Positions 9,770 to 20,089 of a stretch of DNA of 42,677 nucleotides are shown piece by piece. The DNA comes from a virus. Its lineage: Duplodnaviria; Caudoviricetes. The notes under the pieces are model-generated. The model did no database searches, was not told the DNA's origin, and saw only the letters and a list, made by a program, of their open reading frames with translations. The DNA is taken from the IMG/VR virus record IMGVR_UViG_3300035530_000066, positions 1 through 42,677 of that record; one strand, given 5' to 3'. Numbering within the stretch: the stretch's first letter is position 1; every line of letters starts with the position of its first letter. A program made the position numbers and the translations under genes.

Positions 9770-11947
9770 TTAATTATCAAAATCAAAAGCTTTCATAACT
9801 TTTGTAACATTACTAATAAGCTTAGGCATACTAAACTGCGAACTACCTTCAGTATATCCGAATCTATAACACGAATCTGATGTATTACAAATTAGTTGTT
9901 GTTCATTAAAAGAAATTACCAAATCGTGATCTTTAGCATAGGTTAATAGGGTAATATATTCATTTGCATCTAGAATTTGTCCTTCCATAGGTACATACCC
10001 AAATGGGATAGTGTCAGTCAATACTTCAATAATTGTACCAATAGGATTAGCATCTACACTAATAAAATCTTGATAAGTACTAGCTTGGACTGTTTCATAT
10101 AAATCTAACTCATAACTGATAGGTATTCCATCTTTGGATGAAATGACCAATTCAGAAATATGATATTCATTAGCAAGTAATTCTACCAAAGTACTTTTAA
10201 TTGGTGTTCCAATAATTCGTAATCTAGTAGGTATTTCTGAATTAGCTGTATATGCCAATATATCTCCATCTAAAAATATACCACTAGTATCCAGATTAAA
10301 TTTCCCGATACCATTTACAAAATCAGCATTTGGAGATATCTCAATATAAGAATTGGGAAAAGTATCAGATACACTATAAATATTTTCAGGAATAGTATAA
10401 TCAATTATGGAGATATAATTATCAATTAACCAAATTTCGGGCAATTCGAGATATGCAACATCATCTCCATCTAACCGTTCGGGATCATTTAAAATTTCCG
10501 GATACCATTCTGACAAATATGTTGCAGTTGCTGTAGCATACGGAATCCTGGCTTTAAATTTGAATACTATATTAGACAAATCGGCAGTATTCATACACCG
10601 CAAATGGAAAGTATATTTCTTATGGGGTACTATCGAAATCTGGTGATCTTCACTACTGTTATTAACAACAATACTTGATATAGGAGTAGAACATAATTGT
10701 ACAGGTTTATTGAGATCCGTTTTTAAATGATGATATACTAATCGTTTAGTCCTATCGGGTGTCATATATTTATTATTAATCAATCCATTTTCAGCTTCTG
10801 AGATTTCAGCAATTGGATAATTTTGTACTAATCCTAAATTTATATCATTTTTAGTTAATCCGTGGACATTACCAAGAGCTTCTCTATGTAGAATAAATTC
10901 ATTTCTTAAAGTGTTGTGTTGATTAAGAATATTCAAAACATCACTATATATTTGGTGGGTTAATGCAGTAGTTGCTAAAGTATTAGTACTATCACTTCCC
11001 ACTTCATTACTGATAGCATTGGGTAAATTATTTAAACCTAATTGCTCCTTAGTCACTTTGTGTGGATTATCTCTCGAGATTAGATGATCTTGATATTGTG
11101 AGTGAGTATGTTCTCTAGCGGCGGCATCGATACTTGCACATGTAATCATATGAGGATTGGATTTACTCGATATATGTGTAGCTATTACTTGAGACAACTG
11201 ACTGACTAAATTATCAGCATATGCTGTAAGTGATTGGGATAATGAAGTTGATAAAGTTGCTAAATCCGTCTTTGATGCCATATCGTTAGTTCCAGTAACG
11301 ATATACGAGATCATATATTCGAGATAATTTGTCAAAGAATCTTTAACATAACTTAGTGAGATCTGACTAATTTTAATCGAATCATCTATATCGACACCGC
11401 TTAACTTTACAACTAATGAGGAATTATATACGCTATTAACTTCATAAACGATAGGATATTCACCTGGTTCATCTATGGTATAATACACTTCTCCATCAAG
11501 GACAATTTCTATTTTACCACTATTTAATTGTGGAATTTTAAGAATCAATAAATACTTACCAGTATGTGTATATAAATTAGTTGATAATAGTTTTAATGTA
11601 GCAACCTGTCCAACCTCACTGCAGTCGAAAATACACAACCCATCATTACTGTACATGTTAGTAATAAACCATTCTCTAGAATTGGGAACGACATTAATTA
11701 GTGGATCAGAAATTACTGGTATAAAATTTATTCCATATAACTGATTAGAAAATTTATTTATTAAAGCTTCTACATTTCTAATATATTTAGTAATAGCTTC
11801 AAGTGTAACTAAACTATTTGGAGAACCAGATTCTACTGATTCACAAATACTATCAGCAATTACATTACCCAATACTAAAAAATTAGTATGTAAATTATTA
11901 ACTTCACTATTCTTTCCAGAAAATCCATTTTGGGTAACAGTACTCAT
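9770..11947 (-). CDS. Tail fibre protein with C-terminal tail-collar domain
   Basis: NPH/NVH repeats (DNPHKVTKEQLGLNNL, GNVHGLTKNDINLG); C-terminal PIGTI...IPFGYVPMEGQ...Y..L...FSMP is collar-like. Confidence 0.78.
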   Translation of the reverse strand: MSTVTQNGFSGKNSEVNNLHTNFLVLGNVIADSICESVESGSPNSLVTLEAITKYIRNVEALINKFSNQLYGINFIPVISDPLINVVPNSREWFITNMYSNDGLCIFDCSEVGQVATLKLLSTNLYTHTGKYLLILKIPQLNSGKIEIVLDGEVYYTIDEPGEYPIVYEVNSVYNSSLVVKLSGVDIDDSIKISQISLSYVKDSLTNYLEYMISYIVTGTNDMASKTDLATLSTSLSQSLTAYADNLVSQLSQVIATHISSKSNPHMITCASIDAAAREHTHSQYQDHLISRDNPHKVTKEQLGLNNLPNAISNEVGSDSTNTLATTALTHQIYSDVLNILNQHNTLRNEFILHREALGNVHGLTKNDINLGLVQNYPIAEISEAENGLINNKYMTPDRTKRLVYHHLKTDLNKPVQLCSTPISSIVVNNSSEDHQISIVPHKKYTFHLRCMNTADLSNIVFKFKARIPYATATATYLSEWYPEILNDPERLDGDDVAYLELPEIWLIDNYISIIDYTIPENIYSVSDTFPNSYIEISPNADFVNGIGKFNLDTSGIFLDGDILAYTANSEIPTRLRIIGTPIKSTLVELLANEYHISELVISSKDGIPISYELDLYETVQASTYQDFISVDANPIGTIIEVLTDTIPFGYVPMEGQILDANEYITLLTYAKDHDLVISFNEQQLICNTSDSCYRFGYTEGSSQFSMPKLISNVTKVMKAFDFDN

Positions 11948-12002
11948 ATATAACTCCTTTTAATTGACACTGAACGAATTGGTATTTAACTATAAGATGG
12001 AT

Positions 12003-12037
12003 ACTATAGGGTAGTCCTATTTGGACTACCCTATAGT
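12003..12037. terminator. Intrinsic terminator hairpin
   Basis: ACTATAGGGTAGTCC-tattt-GGACTACCCTATAGT. Confidence 0.7.
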
Positions 12038-12061
12038 TTAATCCAATTTTACTAGCTATAA

Positions 12062-12202
12062 TTAATTGATATTTTTAGTTACAGTATTTATAAATCCGAT
12101 TAATATTCCTAACAATAATCCGATAATGATTAAGACTGGAATAAATATAGTATTCTTATATTTACCAACCATCTTTCTATAAAGATTTTTTAATATAGTC
12201 AT
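12062..12202 (-). CDS. Small single-pass membrane protein (46 aa, below the ORF track cut-off)
   Basis: MTILKNLYRKMVGKYKNTIFIPVLIIIGLLLGILIGFINTVTKNIN*, with a GAGG RBS and a hairpin on each side. Confidence 0.65.
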   Translation of the reverse strand: MTILKNLYRKMVGKYKNTIFIPVLIIIGLLLGILIGFINTVTKNIN

Positions 12203-12272
12203 AATAATGTCCTCTGACTATTATACGTTAAATATATAAATTTATCATCCTTATAATATAGCAAATAAAAAA

Positions 12273-12315
12273 ATAAATAGTACCCTCTCCCATATAGGAA
12301 GAGGGTACTATTTAT
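12273..12315 (-). terminator. Intrinsic terminator
   Basis: 16-bp stem ATAAATAGTACCCTCT/AGAGGGTACTATTTAT with a U-tract on the minus strand. Confidence 0.75.
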
Positions 12316-12327
12316 AACACTGAAGTC

Positions 12328-13359
12328 TTAGCAGCCAATATATCTCAACCAATGATCGAGATACTTCCGATTTTTCATTACACTGTCGATCTTTTTCTGA
12401 TCGAGACGAAAGAAATCGATCGGATTTCTAGGCATAGGACTTTTAAACGTGATGTCAGAAACCTTAAAGATCTTCTGAACTGAATATTCCTCATCTGTAG
12501 GATTCTCACCCTTGATATTGTTGGTGGGAGAATTGAGTACAGCCACATACATTGTGTATGTCTGATGTACTCCAACAGACACTTCATCTTTCACGAGAAA
12601 TTGTCGAACTGGGGTGTACGAATACGCCTGAAGAATTTCAGATGAGAATCTTTTTACTTCATGCATACACTCAGCAATGGTATCATACTCTTCAGCTTCA
12701 GCGTCAAGGATATTATCCAATTTAGCTTTAGGATAAATCTTAGAAGCCAACTGATGATTCCGATTGGCAAATGCCCACGGATTCATATATGTTGCATAAG
12801 TACAATCCAAAATGGACAATTTCTCAAGAGTTGCATCGATGATGTTGTTGTACATCGCATCACCAGTACCTGCACCACCGACCCAATTTTCGATATAAGA
12901 AGCTACAAAGCTTCCTTGGATCATCGGATTTTCAGGGTAAGCTTCATCCTTAAAGATGTTAGTAATTTCAAATACCAGAACCAACTTCCGACCCTGATCA
13001 ACCGAACCAACAGAAAAGACACAGCCTTCCCATACGTTAGTTACTCCCTGTCGTGCGTTGGGTTTGGGGTGACGACGGAAAAAGTTAGGACGTTCAATCA
13101 TCTTTCCGCCAGGCAAACCGACAAGCATGGTAAGTCCACGTTCACTATTACCACCACCCATTTCCCACAAACAAACATTGTCAGGAGCTTTAATGTCGCC
13201 AGGAATAACGATGGTCGATACGTTAGAGATTGACCGATTTGCCAGCTGAATAATAGCACTAATGTTCGGAGTCACATAACTACCGTTACCTCTGGGGTTA
13301 TTGACAAAATACCGAGGTTCAACATTTGCATCTTCTGTGACTCTTACAGCATCGTTCAT
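12328..13359 (-). CDS. Hypothetical protein (putative early gene)
   Basis: 343 aa, AAGGAG RBS, visibly higher GC than neighbours, own promoter motif and terminator. Confidence 0.8.
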   Translation of the reverse strand: MNDAVRVTEDANVEPRYFVNNPRGNGSYVTPNISAIIQLANRSISNVSTIVIPGDIKAPDNVCLWEMGGGNSERGLTMLVGLPGGKMIERPNFFRRHPKPNARQGVTNVWEGCVFSVGSVDQGRKLVLVFEITNIFKDEAYPENPMIQGSFVASYIENWVGGAGTGDAMYNNIIDATLEKLSILDCTYATYMNPWAFANRNHQLASKIYPKAKLDNILDAEAEEYDTIAECMHEVKRFSSEILQAYSYTPVRQFLVKDEVSVGVHQTYTMYVAVLNSPTNNIKGENPTDEEYSVQKIFKVSDITFKSPMPRNPIDFFRLDQKKIDSVMKNRKYLDHWLRYIGC

Positions 13360-13414
13360 AACAGTTCTCCTTTTAAAAAATAGTTAATAGATATACTACA
13401 ACTTATTCTTATAT

Positions 13415-13427
13415 GTAATATATATCT
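13415..13427 (-). promoter_or_regulatory. Putative early promoter (AGATATATATTAC)
   Basis: TATATTAC 56 nt upstream of the ATG at 13359. Confidence 0.6.
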
Positions 13428-13527
13428 AAAATTTATTAGATATATCTACATACGAATATCACCTTACTACACACTACCATATATAATTACATACATGTAT
13501 TTTATATTACAAAAAGGATATTAACAA

Positions 13528-16098
13528 TTACCATTCTCTAAAACATGATACACTAAACATATCTGGAGTTGTAGCTTTTATATAAATCTGATCTCTAGTA
13601 ATACGATCAACCGTAGCTTGTGGTGGAATAATCGAACTTGATCGTTTAATACAATTTAATTCGATATCTATATTTTTAGTTCCAAAAGGATTCATTACCT
13701 TATATATAGTAGCAGGTTTAGTACAAACAAATCCACTAACGGGAAGATGTACAGTATCTCCTATAGGATAAGAATAAATCAAATATCCACCATGAGATTT
13801 TTTATAAATAATTCCTAAATACTTTCGAGAAATATTATCTGCCCAAGAATAAGTATTAATATTATAAAAATGAGACGATAATGATACTCTCATCCTATTT
13901 AACCTTACTTCGTTATTGGTCGAATTTGTCAAGGTGACTAATATTTTAGATATAGAAACATTCATTGTAATAGGAAAGTATACGTGTGTTTCATTATCAT
14001 TTATAGTATCAGGAATATATGAATTATTACTTAGAATTGTAATAGTATTTCCATTACTGTCAATTCCTTCTATCGTGATACTTGTAGGAATGTATTCAAT
14101 TTCAGTTTTCTTAAACATCAACACGATATCAGCAACTTTACGACACATTCCAAAATCGTGTGTAATAGTTGTAGTATTAGTCCCTAATTCTGTACTATAA
14201 CTATCACTATCTTCTTGGTAAATATATTGGATAGGATAATTTGGATGTTCAGAAGTAGCTGTAAGCATACCATAAAAAGGATCGCTATTCGAATTCATAT
14301 ATGGCCCATCAGCAAACGGATCAACTCCTCGATCTTTAATCCCAAATTGTGGTGGAACTCCAGAAACTTCGACAGATGGAATATTATTGTGGATACACAT
14401 AGCTACAAAATATGGATGATCTTCTACCATATCTGGTATATCAAATACTATATCCGATGTCATTGGACCATAAGTTTTAATCGTATCACTACCTTCGTGT
14501 GTAAATTTAATATCTTTACTGATTGCAAATTGGTCGTCATACAAACCACCAAATAAAATATCAAAGGATAAATCCCAATTAGTAGTATATGCAATTTCTT
14601 CAACAGTTATACTTAATCGAGAAGTGTCTTTGTAGGTGTCTAACTCTGTACCAAACCCAACAGTACATTTAGTTTGTCCATCTTGCCACATCAATCTATA
14701 TGTACGGATAGGTACATTATCTTTAGTAATACGAACTAAGGTGGGATGCGATCTTCCTAAAGTACGAGAAAATTCAATCCCTTTTATATCTCGTTTAATG
14801 TGTAATTTATAATTTACTGTAATAGATGTAAAAGGTAAATTGTCATCTTGAACAAATGTAGTATACTTACCTTTTTGTACTGCATAATACAATTGGCTAT
14901 CTCCAAATAGTGTACCATTACTCGTAATCATACCAGAATGCGAATCATACAAACTATCCATTTCGTGTGTAAGTCGATTAGCTAAAATATTACAAGTAGG
15001 TAAGTTTATATTTGTATGATCATATGTTTCAGGAATAAATCCTAAAGAAGAATCTACTATGATTGAAGGTTTAGTAGCTTTAGCTGATATTATTGTACCT
15101 TTCAGCATATATCTATCATCATGATTATGATCTTCAACAGCTGCACCGATACTTTCTGGAGTATGTGTATGATTGACCTTGGCTGCACCAATACTTTCTG
15201 GAGTATGTGTATGATCTACAGATGCAGCTCCACACTCTTCGGGCGTATGAGTATGTACCTTATTCGCAGCTCGTATTTTTTCAGGAGTAATTTGATGAGG
15301 ATTAGGTGCTTGTAAATGTATACTTAAGGCATTTTCAGTTGCTGTACATCGTGCATCGATGTCATCATCAATAATTACTTTAAGGTTTGCTAAATCGATT
15401 TCTAAATCGGTATATTTAACAAAAGATGATAAATCTAAATCATTATTCTGTTGCTGCAATTTCTCACTAATATACTTTTCTAATCTATCAGCAACCTGAT
15501 GAAAAGATATTGACGATATAGAAATATCATCTCCGGGAATAGCAGAATCAACATAGATATGAAATTCATCTAAACTCATATTTGTTGAAGATACCAATAC
15601 ACTATGAGTTCCAACAGTATCAACAATATCAAAAATATAACCATCATTATTAGTTATATAAAACTTTCCACTCTGTAAAGTGTCAATAGTAAAGATCAAT
15701 AAATATACACCAGCTTCAGTGAGAATAGAATTTCTAATAACTATCCTATTATCTTCTTCTCCAGTCCATACTAATCGATTGACTAATTTAGTATATCCCT
15801 TAATTACATACCCTTTTTCCGGATCATTAGTTACATCCTGAAGATTAATAGATGTTAATGTATCTGTAATTATAGGACGAACTTTATTTTCAACATCGTT
15901 ATTAATAAGACCGTCAACAATTTTTTTATCCAAATGTAAAAATAGATCATATACAGATTTAGCAGATGCTAACTCTAATATACTCCCCTGTTTATAATCA
16001 AATGATATACCATTTGTTGGCATTCCACTTAAATGTAATTCATTCGTTATCACTTTATCTGAAATTACACACTTTTCATTAACACTAGAATTAGCCAT
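13528..16098 (-). CDS. Tail fibre protein with HTHTPESIGAA repeats
   Basis: NPH motif plus 14-aa His-x-His repeats; N-terminal domain similar to 9770..11947 and C-terminus similar to 7083..8546. Confidence 0.75.
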   Translation of the reverse strand: MANSSVNEKCVISDKVITNELHLSGMPTNGISFDYKQGSILELASAKSVYDLFLHLDKKIVDGLINNDVENKVRPIITDTLTSINLQDVTNDPEKGYVIKGYTKLVNRLVWTGEEDNRIVIRNSILTEAGVYLLIFTIDTLQSGKFYITNNDGYIFDIVDTVGTHSVLVSSTNMSLDEFHIYVDSAIPGDDISISSISFHQVADRLEKYISEKLQQQNNDLDLSSFVKYTDLEIDLANLKVIIDDDIDARCTATENALSIHLQAPNPHQITPEKIRAANKVHTHTPEECGAASVDHTHTPESIGAAKVNHTHTPESIGAAVEDHNHDDRYMLKGTIISAKATKPSIIVDSSLGFIPETYDHTNINLPTCNILANRLTHEMDSLYDSHSGMITSNGTLFGDSQLYYAVQKGKYTTFVQDDNLPFTSITVNYKLHIKRDIKGIEFSRTLGRSHPTLVRITKDNVPIRTYRLMWQDGQTKCTVGFGTELDTYKDTSRLSITVEEIAYTTNWDLSFDILFGGLYDDQFAISKDIKFTHEGSDTIKTYGPMTSDIVFDIPDMVEDHPYFVAMCIHNNIPSVEVSGVPPQFGIKDRGVDPFADGPYMNSNSDPFYGMLTATSEHPNYPIQYIYQEDSDSYSTELGTNTTTITHDFGMCRKVADIVLMFKKTEIEYIPTSITIEGIDSNGNTITILSNNSYIPDTINDNETHVYFPITMNVSISKILVTLTNSTNNEVRLNRMRVSLSSHFYNINTYSWADNISRKYLGIIYKKSHGGYLIYSYPIGDTVHLPVSGFVCTKPATIYKVMNPFGTKNIDIELNCIKRSSSIIPPQATVDRITRDQIYIKATTPDMFSVSCFREW
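15121..15300 (-). repeat. 42-bp coding tandem repeat (about 4 units)
   Basis: GCTGCACCRATACTTTCTGGAGTATGTGTATGAT at 15140-15173 and 15182-15215, with degenerate flanking units. Confidence 0.85.
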
Positions 16099-16263
16099 AA
16101 CTTATCCTCACTTACAAGTAATATAGTTTACTTTTATATATTATGGACAAAATATTACATATTTTATACGTACAATTGGTCGCAATCTTATAACTAAACA
16201 TATAAATTTCCTCCGATTTTGACAAAGTATTTAACACAATTGTGACAAAGGAGAATCGCTACC

Positions 16264-19200
16264 ATGGCTGAATTTCAAGAAATCGATGCTCTTGTGCAAG
16301 TTTCAAAAAATGCACATATTTCATGGGACCCAGCATCCGGGTCTCCTATCCCTTTACATAAATTAGTATACGATACAGTTACTAGGGTAATCAAACGTGG
16401 AGATGGTATTAACTTTTTCGATACCTTACCTGTTTGGTTAGATTTTAATAACTTAGATGATATAAAAACTTTCGCTGACGCTAACGTTATATCACCTACA
16501 GAAATCGACAATAATGCTGTAGTTTGTATTAATTCGGAAAATAAAGTAGCTGCTACAACTATTAATTATTCTGAATTAGTTCGAATGACTACTTTAGTAT
16601 CTAGAGCAGCCAATTATGCAGATGCTGATCATCATCACGTAATTTCTAATATAACTGATGCGGGAACAGCAATTGGACGATCTGTCGGAATATCTCCAGA
16701 AGAAATATCTGCTATTGGAAATGATGGTAAATTGTCTAAAAGCTTATTCAATCAGACTGTCGAATTATCAGACAATACTTCCGACTTGTTAAGTTTTCTA
16801 ATACTAACAAGAGCATCTAAAGACATGTTAACTAAAGGAGATCTCCCCGATGGTTATTATGATGAATTTATTGATGGAGATCAGATAGAAGTTAATAATG
16901 GTACTCTTTATTTTGACTATATATCTCTACCTACAACTGAACCGACAAATATAATTTCGAAATCTGTACAAACATCTTCAGAATTAGAAAAAGCTCATGC
17001 GATGATTCGATGTAAATGTACAGATGTTATCAATAGTGATATCATTGTTGAGATGTCTAGAAATGGTGGATACACTTGGTGCCCAGTACGACTTACTGAA
17101 TTACCTATGATAAATAGTCAAATTAAATGTTATAGTGGAGATGTTGATTTTGAAAATAAAACTGAAAATGGATCTTTCGATCTATCAAATGCAGAAATGG
17201 AAAGTAATAAAGATGACATCACTACATTTACTGTAGATACAGAAAATGTTAGTGGTCATTTTGATATTGCTGTTAGTGAGAGAGTGGGGGTAGGTAGTAA
17301 AGTAATAGTTATATCGACTGAAGAAGTTGGTGACGAAATAGTTACTACACATTACGAATTTACTATCATCGAACTTATTGGTGATGGTACAGAAGTAGAT
17401 AGTGTAAAATTCGCTGGTGATTTGTCGGTTGGTGAATTTAGTCTATCGGACATTTCTAATATACTTTCTACTGGGAATACAATTAAAACTAATCGAGTCT
17501 CCATCTCAACGCCAGTCCCATTAGCTTCTGGTGATCCATATCAAGGCGGTACCGCTATTGGACCTTACGATTTTGCTGACGGGCAAACTGGATTTTTGAT
17601 AGTACCACCTAGTAGTACTTGGTTAACACAAACACATTATGGGTATTATAATATCGACATGACTACATTAGGATTGTCGAGTAACTTATCCCCAGATTGG
17701 ATAGATCCAAATACTGGTATAAATAATACTCAACTACTTTGTACCTACAATGGTAGTGATGAATATACCGAACCTTATAACAATCCGGTTCATCATTGTA
17801 ATAACTTAGTATATGATGGGTGCAATGACTATTTTTTACCTAATAAAAATGAATTACATTTCATATATCAAAATAGAGCAGTATTAAATGAAGCTTGGCC
17901 TTCGGATTTTGTATGGTCTAGTAGTCAATGCGATAATATAGAAACTACTTGGGACATTCAACCAACTGGTGAATTCGTAAGTTATGGGACTATTGGTAAT
18001 AGATCACATATCCACGATACAATTCCTGTAAGACGTATTTTATTAAATGAATTGTATATCGGTGTTTATAAGTCCTATTCGGATAAATATGCGACAGCTT
18101 ATTTGCCTTGTACACATACTGATGTAAAAGATATCATATCTTATACTGTAAATTCAAATATGCCAGAAACTACATGTTACACCATAGTTACCGATAACGA
18201 ATATAGAATTTATAAAAATAATGAATGGAAATCGATAGTCAGAACCAACGATTCGATGGAATTAGAATATAATGTTAATGGTGTTTGGACAGAAGCTGTC
18301 AGTACCAATACCTATGCTAATATTTCAAAAGCACTAGAGTATGTCGACAATCGTATGACTTTAATCGATTTGCTAAAAATTCCACAATACCATTCTGGTA
18401 GTATTAGCGGTATTACAGTATCACTCATGAAACCTTCAGACTCAGATATTGTACCAGAATTTAGTAATGGTTCATACGTAGGATTGATAGCTACTAAAGA
18501 TGTAACAATCGAACAAGAGTTAGACTTAACGAATACACAATTTCAAGATATCAAAGGGAATATTACTAGATTTATTGTTGACATTGCTAATTCAAGTGGG
18601 CACTTTAATGCTCCTATAAATGACAATATTCAAATTGGATCTAGAGTATATGTTAACGATCAGGTCATTGAGATTATCGGAATTGTAGACGATGGTACCA
18701 GTGCCAACAGTATTGAATTTTATGCACCTATGGAAGTGCGAGAATATACTATCGATCGAATTACTAATATGTACATAGAATTAAATACAATTACTACACT
18801 TAATGATTTACATAATACTAATACTGCTACAATTTCTACTGAAAATATAGATATTCATACAATTGATGAATTAATTCCATCAGAGGTTCCTAATGGTGGA
18901 TCTATATGGTATACATTTAGATACGGAGATGAATTTAAAACTTATTACAATACAGAATTAATTACTATCGCTAAATTAGAAAATGGTCAATGGTATCATC
19001 TTGATGGAATTCAAAATTGGATAGAAGATATCCAAAATACACCACAAACGGCAATTACTAATTCGTTACTTAATAATACAATATACCGTTTAACTAGTTA
19101 TGAATTCTATAACATACCAATGTTTGTTTTTCTTACCCTATTCTCAGAAATAGGTATTACTATGTATACTGATGAAGTTGCTCCTATTGTCGATCGATTT

Positions 19201-20037
19201 GCTATTCATGGTTTACACGACGATGCATATTTAATTGCTGACACATATGAACAAGCTTGGTCTTCTGGTGAAAAAGAAGATCTGAAAGATATTATAACTC
19301 ACTTTGTTGTAGATACACCCAATCAAAGTGGGCACTTTAATGCTCCTATCAATATCAAAATAAAATCAGGATGCCAGATATATATGGCTGGTAAATATTT
19401 TACAATCCAATCTGTCGAAGGTAGTGGTATCGATACTGATAGTGTTACACTTGCAGAAAATACTATCTTAAGTAAAAGTACTTATCCAGTTGACGGAGTT
19501 TATGGTATAGATAATACTTCTACCGTTGTAGCTGATGACATATATAGTGTAATGCTCGATATGTCGGAACATGGTTTGGAGTCATTAGAACAAATTGTTA
19601 GTATAGGTGACGATAACGTATATTACTTTGTAGGTGACGGTAACACCTTTAAAGTATATCTTAACAATGTATGGTATTCAGTCGTAACTTATACCGAAGG
19701 ACATTGGAAATATACTGATGGTGTACAATGGATAAATTCTCCATTAAATACAGCACAGTCAGCAATAAGTGTTGCTGCATCTAATGTACTGAATAGGATG
19801 ACTAAATCTCAATTAGAAACCCTTCCTGTCGATGACTTGGTTAATATCACACACATTTGTGCAGCTATGGAATATAGTGCTATTACCAACAAAACTCTAA
19901 GTAAAGTCATATTTAAAGGAAAGGATAAAAATACTGAAGTTACTGAGACTGACATTAAGTGGAGGATTACTAGTACTTATACGCTACATAATGTCAATGA
20001 GATTCATGGAATAAGAATTCAATGGAAATATAAGTAA
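16264..20037 (+). CDS. Large virion/tail protein with three internal repeat modules and a DUF1566 (Lcl/CLec-like) domain
   Basis: Three IT.F.VD..N.SGHF modules; HCNNL..DGCNDYFLPNKNEL...VWSSSQ...IPVRR matches the DUF1566 pattern (DW.LP...EL, YWSSS, VR.VR). Confidence 0.7.
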   Translation: MAEFQEIDALVQVSKNAHISWDPASGSPIPLHKLVYDTVTRVIKRGDGINFFDTLPVWLDFNNLDDIKTFADANVISPTEIDNNAVVCINSENKVAATTINYSELVRMTTLVSRAANYADADHHHVISNITDAGTAIGRSVGISPEEISAIGNDGKLSKSLFNQTVELSDNTSDLLSFLILTRASKDMLTKGDLPDGYYDEFIDGDQIEVNNGTLYFDYISLPTTEPTNIISKSVQTSSELEKAHAMIRCKCTDVINSDIIVEMSRNGGYTWCPVRLTELPMINSQIKCYSGDVDFENKTENGSFDLSNAEMESNKDDITTFTVDTENVSGHFDIAVSERVGVGSKVIVISTEEVGDEIVTTHYEFTIIELIGDGTEVDSVKFAGDLSVGEFSLSDISNILSTGNTIKTNRVSISTPVPLASGDPYQGGTAIGPYDFADGQTGFLIVPPSSTWLTQTHYGYYNIDMTTLGLSSNLSPDWIDPNTGINNTQLLCTYNGSDEYTEPYNNPVHHCNNLVYDGCNDYFLPNKNELHFIYQNRAVLNEAWPSDFVWSSSQCDNIETTWDIQPTGEFVSYGTIGNRSHIHDTIPVRRILLNELYIGVYKSYSDKYATAYLPCTHTDVKDIISYTVNSNMPETTCYTIVTDNEYRIYKNNEWKSIVRTNDSMELEYNVNGVWTEAVSTNTYANISKALEYVDNRMTLIDLLKIPQYHSGSISGITVSLMKPSDSDIVPEFSNGSYVGLIATKDVTIEQELDLTNTQFQDIKGNITRFIVDIANSSGHFNAPINDNIQIGSRVYVNDQVIEIIGIVDDGTSANSIEFYAPMEVREYTIDRITNMYIELNTITTLNDLHNTNTATISTENIDIHTIDELIPSEVPNGGSIWYTFRYGDEFKTYYNTELITIAKLENGQWYHLDGIQNWIEDIQNTPQTAITNSLLNNTIYRLTSYEFYNIPMFVFLTLFSEIGITMYTDEVAPIVDRFAIHGLHDDAYLIADTYEQAWSSGEKEDLKDIITHFVVDTPNQSGHFNAPINIKIKSGCQIYMAGKYFTIQSVEGSGIDTDSVTLAENTILSKSTYPVDGVYGIDNTSTVVADDIYSVMLDMSEHGLESLEQIVSIGDDNVYYFVGDGNTFKVYLNNVWYSVVTYTEGHWKYTDGVQWINSPLNTAQSAISVAASNVLNRMTKSQLETLPVDDLVNITHICAAMEYSAITNKTLSKVIFKGKDKNTEVTETDIKWRITSTYTLHNVNEIHGIRIQWKYK

Positions 20038-20045
20038 TACGTACA

Positions 20046-20081
20046 TAGAGAGTAGTATCCCATATGGGATACTACTCTCTA
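20046..20081. terminator. Bidirectional terminator (perfect 36-bp palindrome)
   Basis: TAGAGAGTAGTATCCCAT|ATGGGATACTACTCTCTA between convergent genes. Confidence 0.8.
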
Positions 20082-20089
20082 CATATACA

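Noticed and set aside
12661-13233. 190-aa plus-strand ORF
   Set aside because: Antisense to 12328..13359, which has the RBS, promoter motif and terminator.
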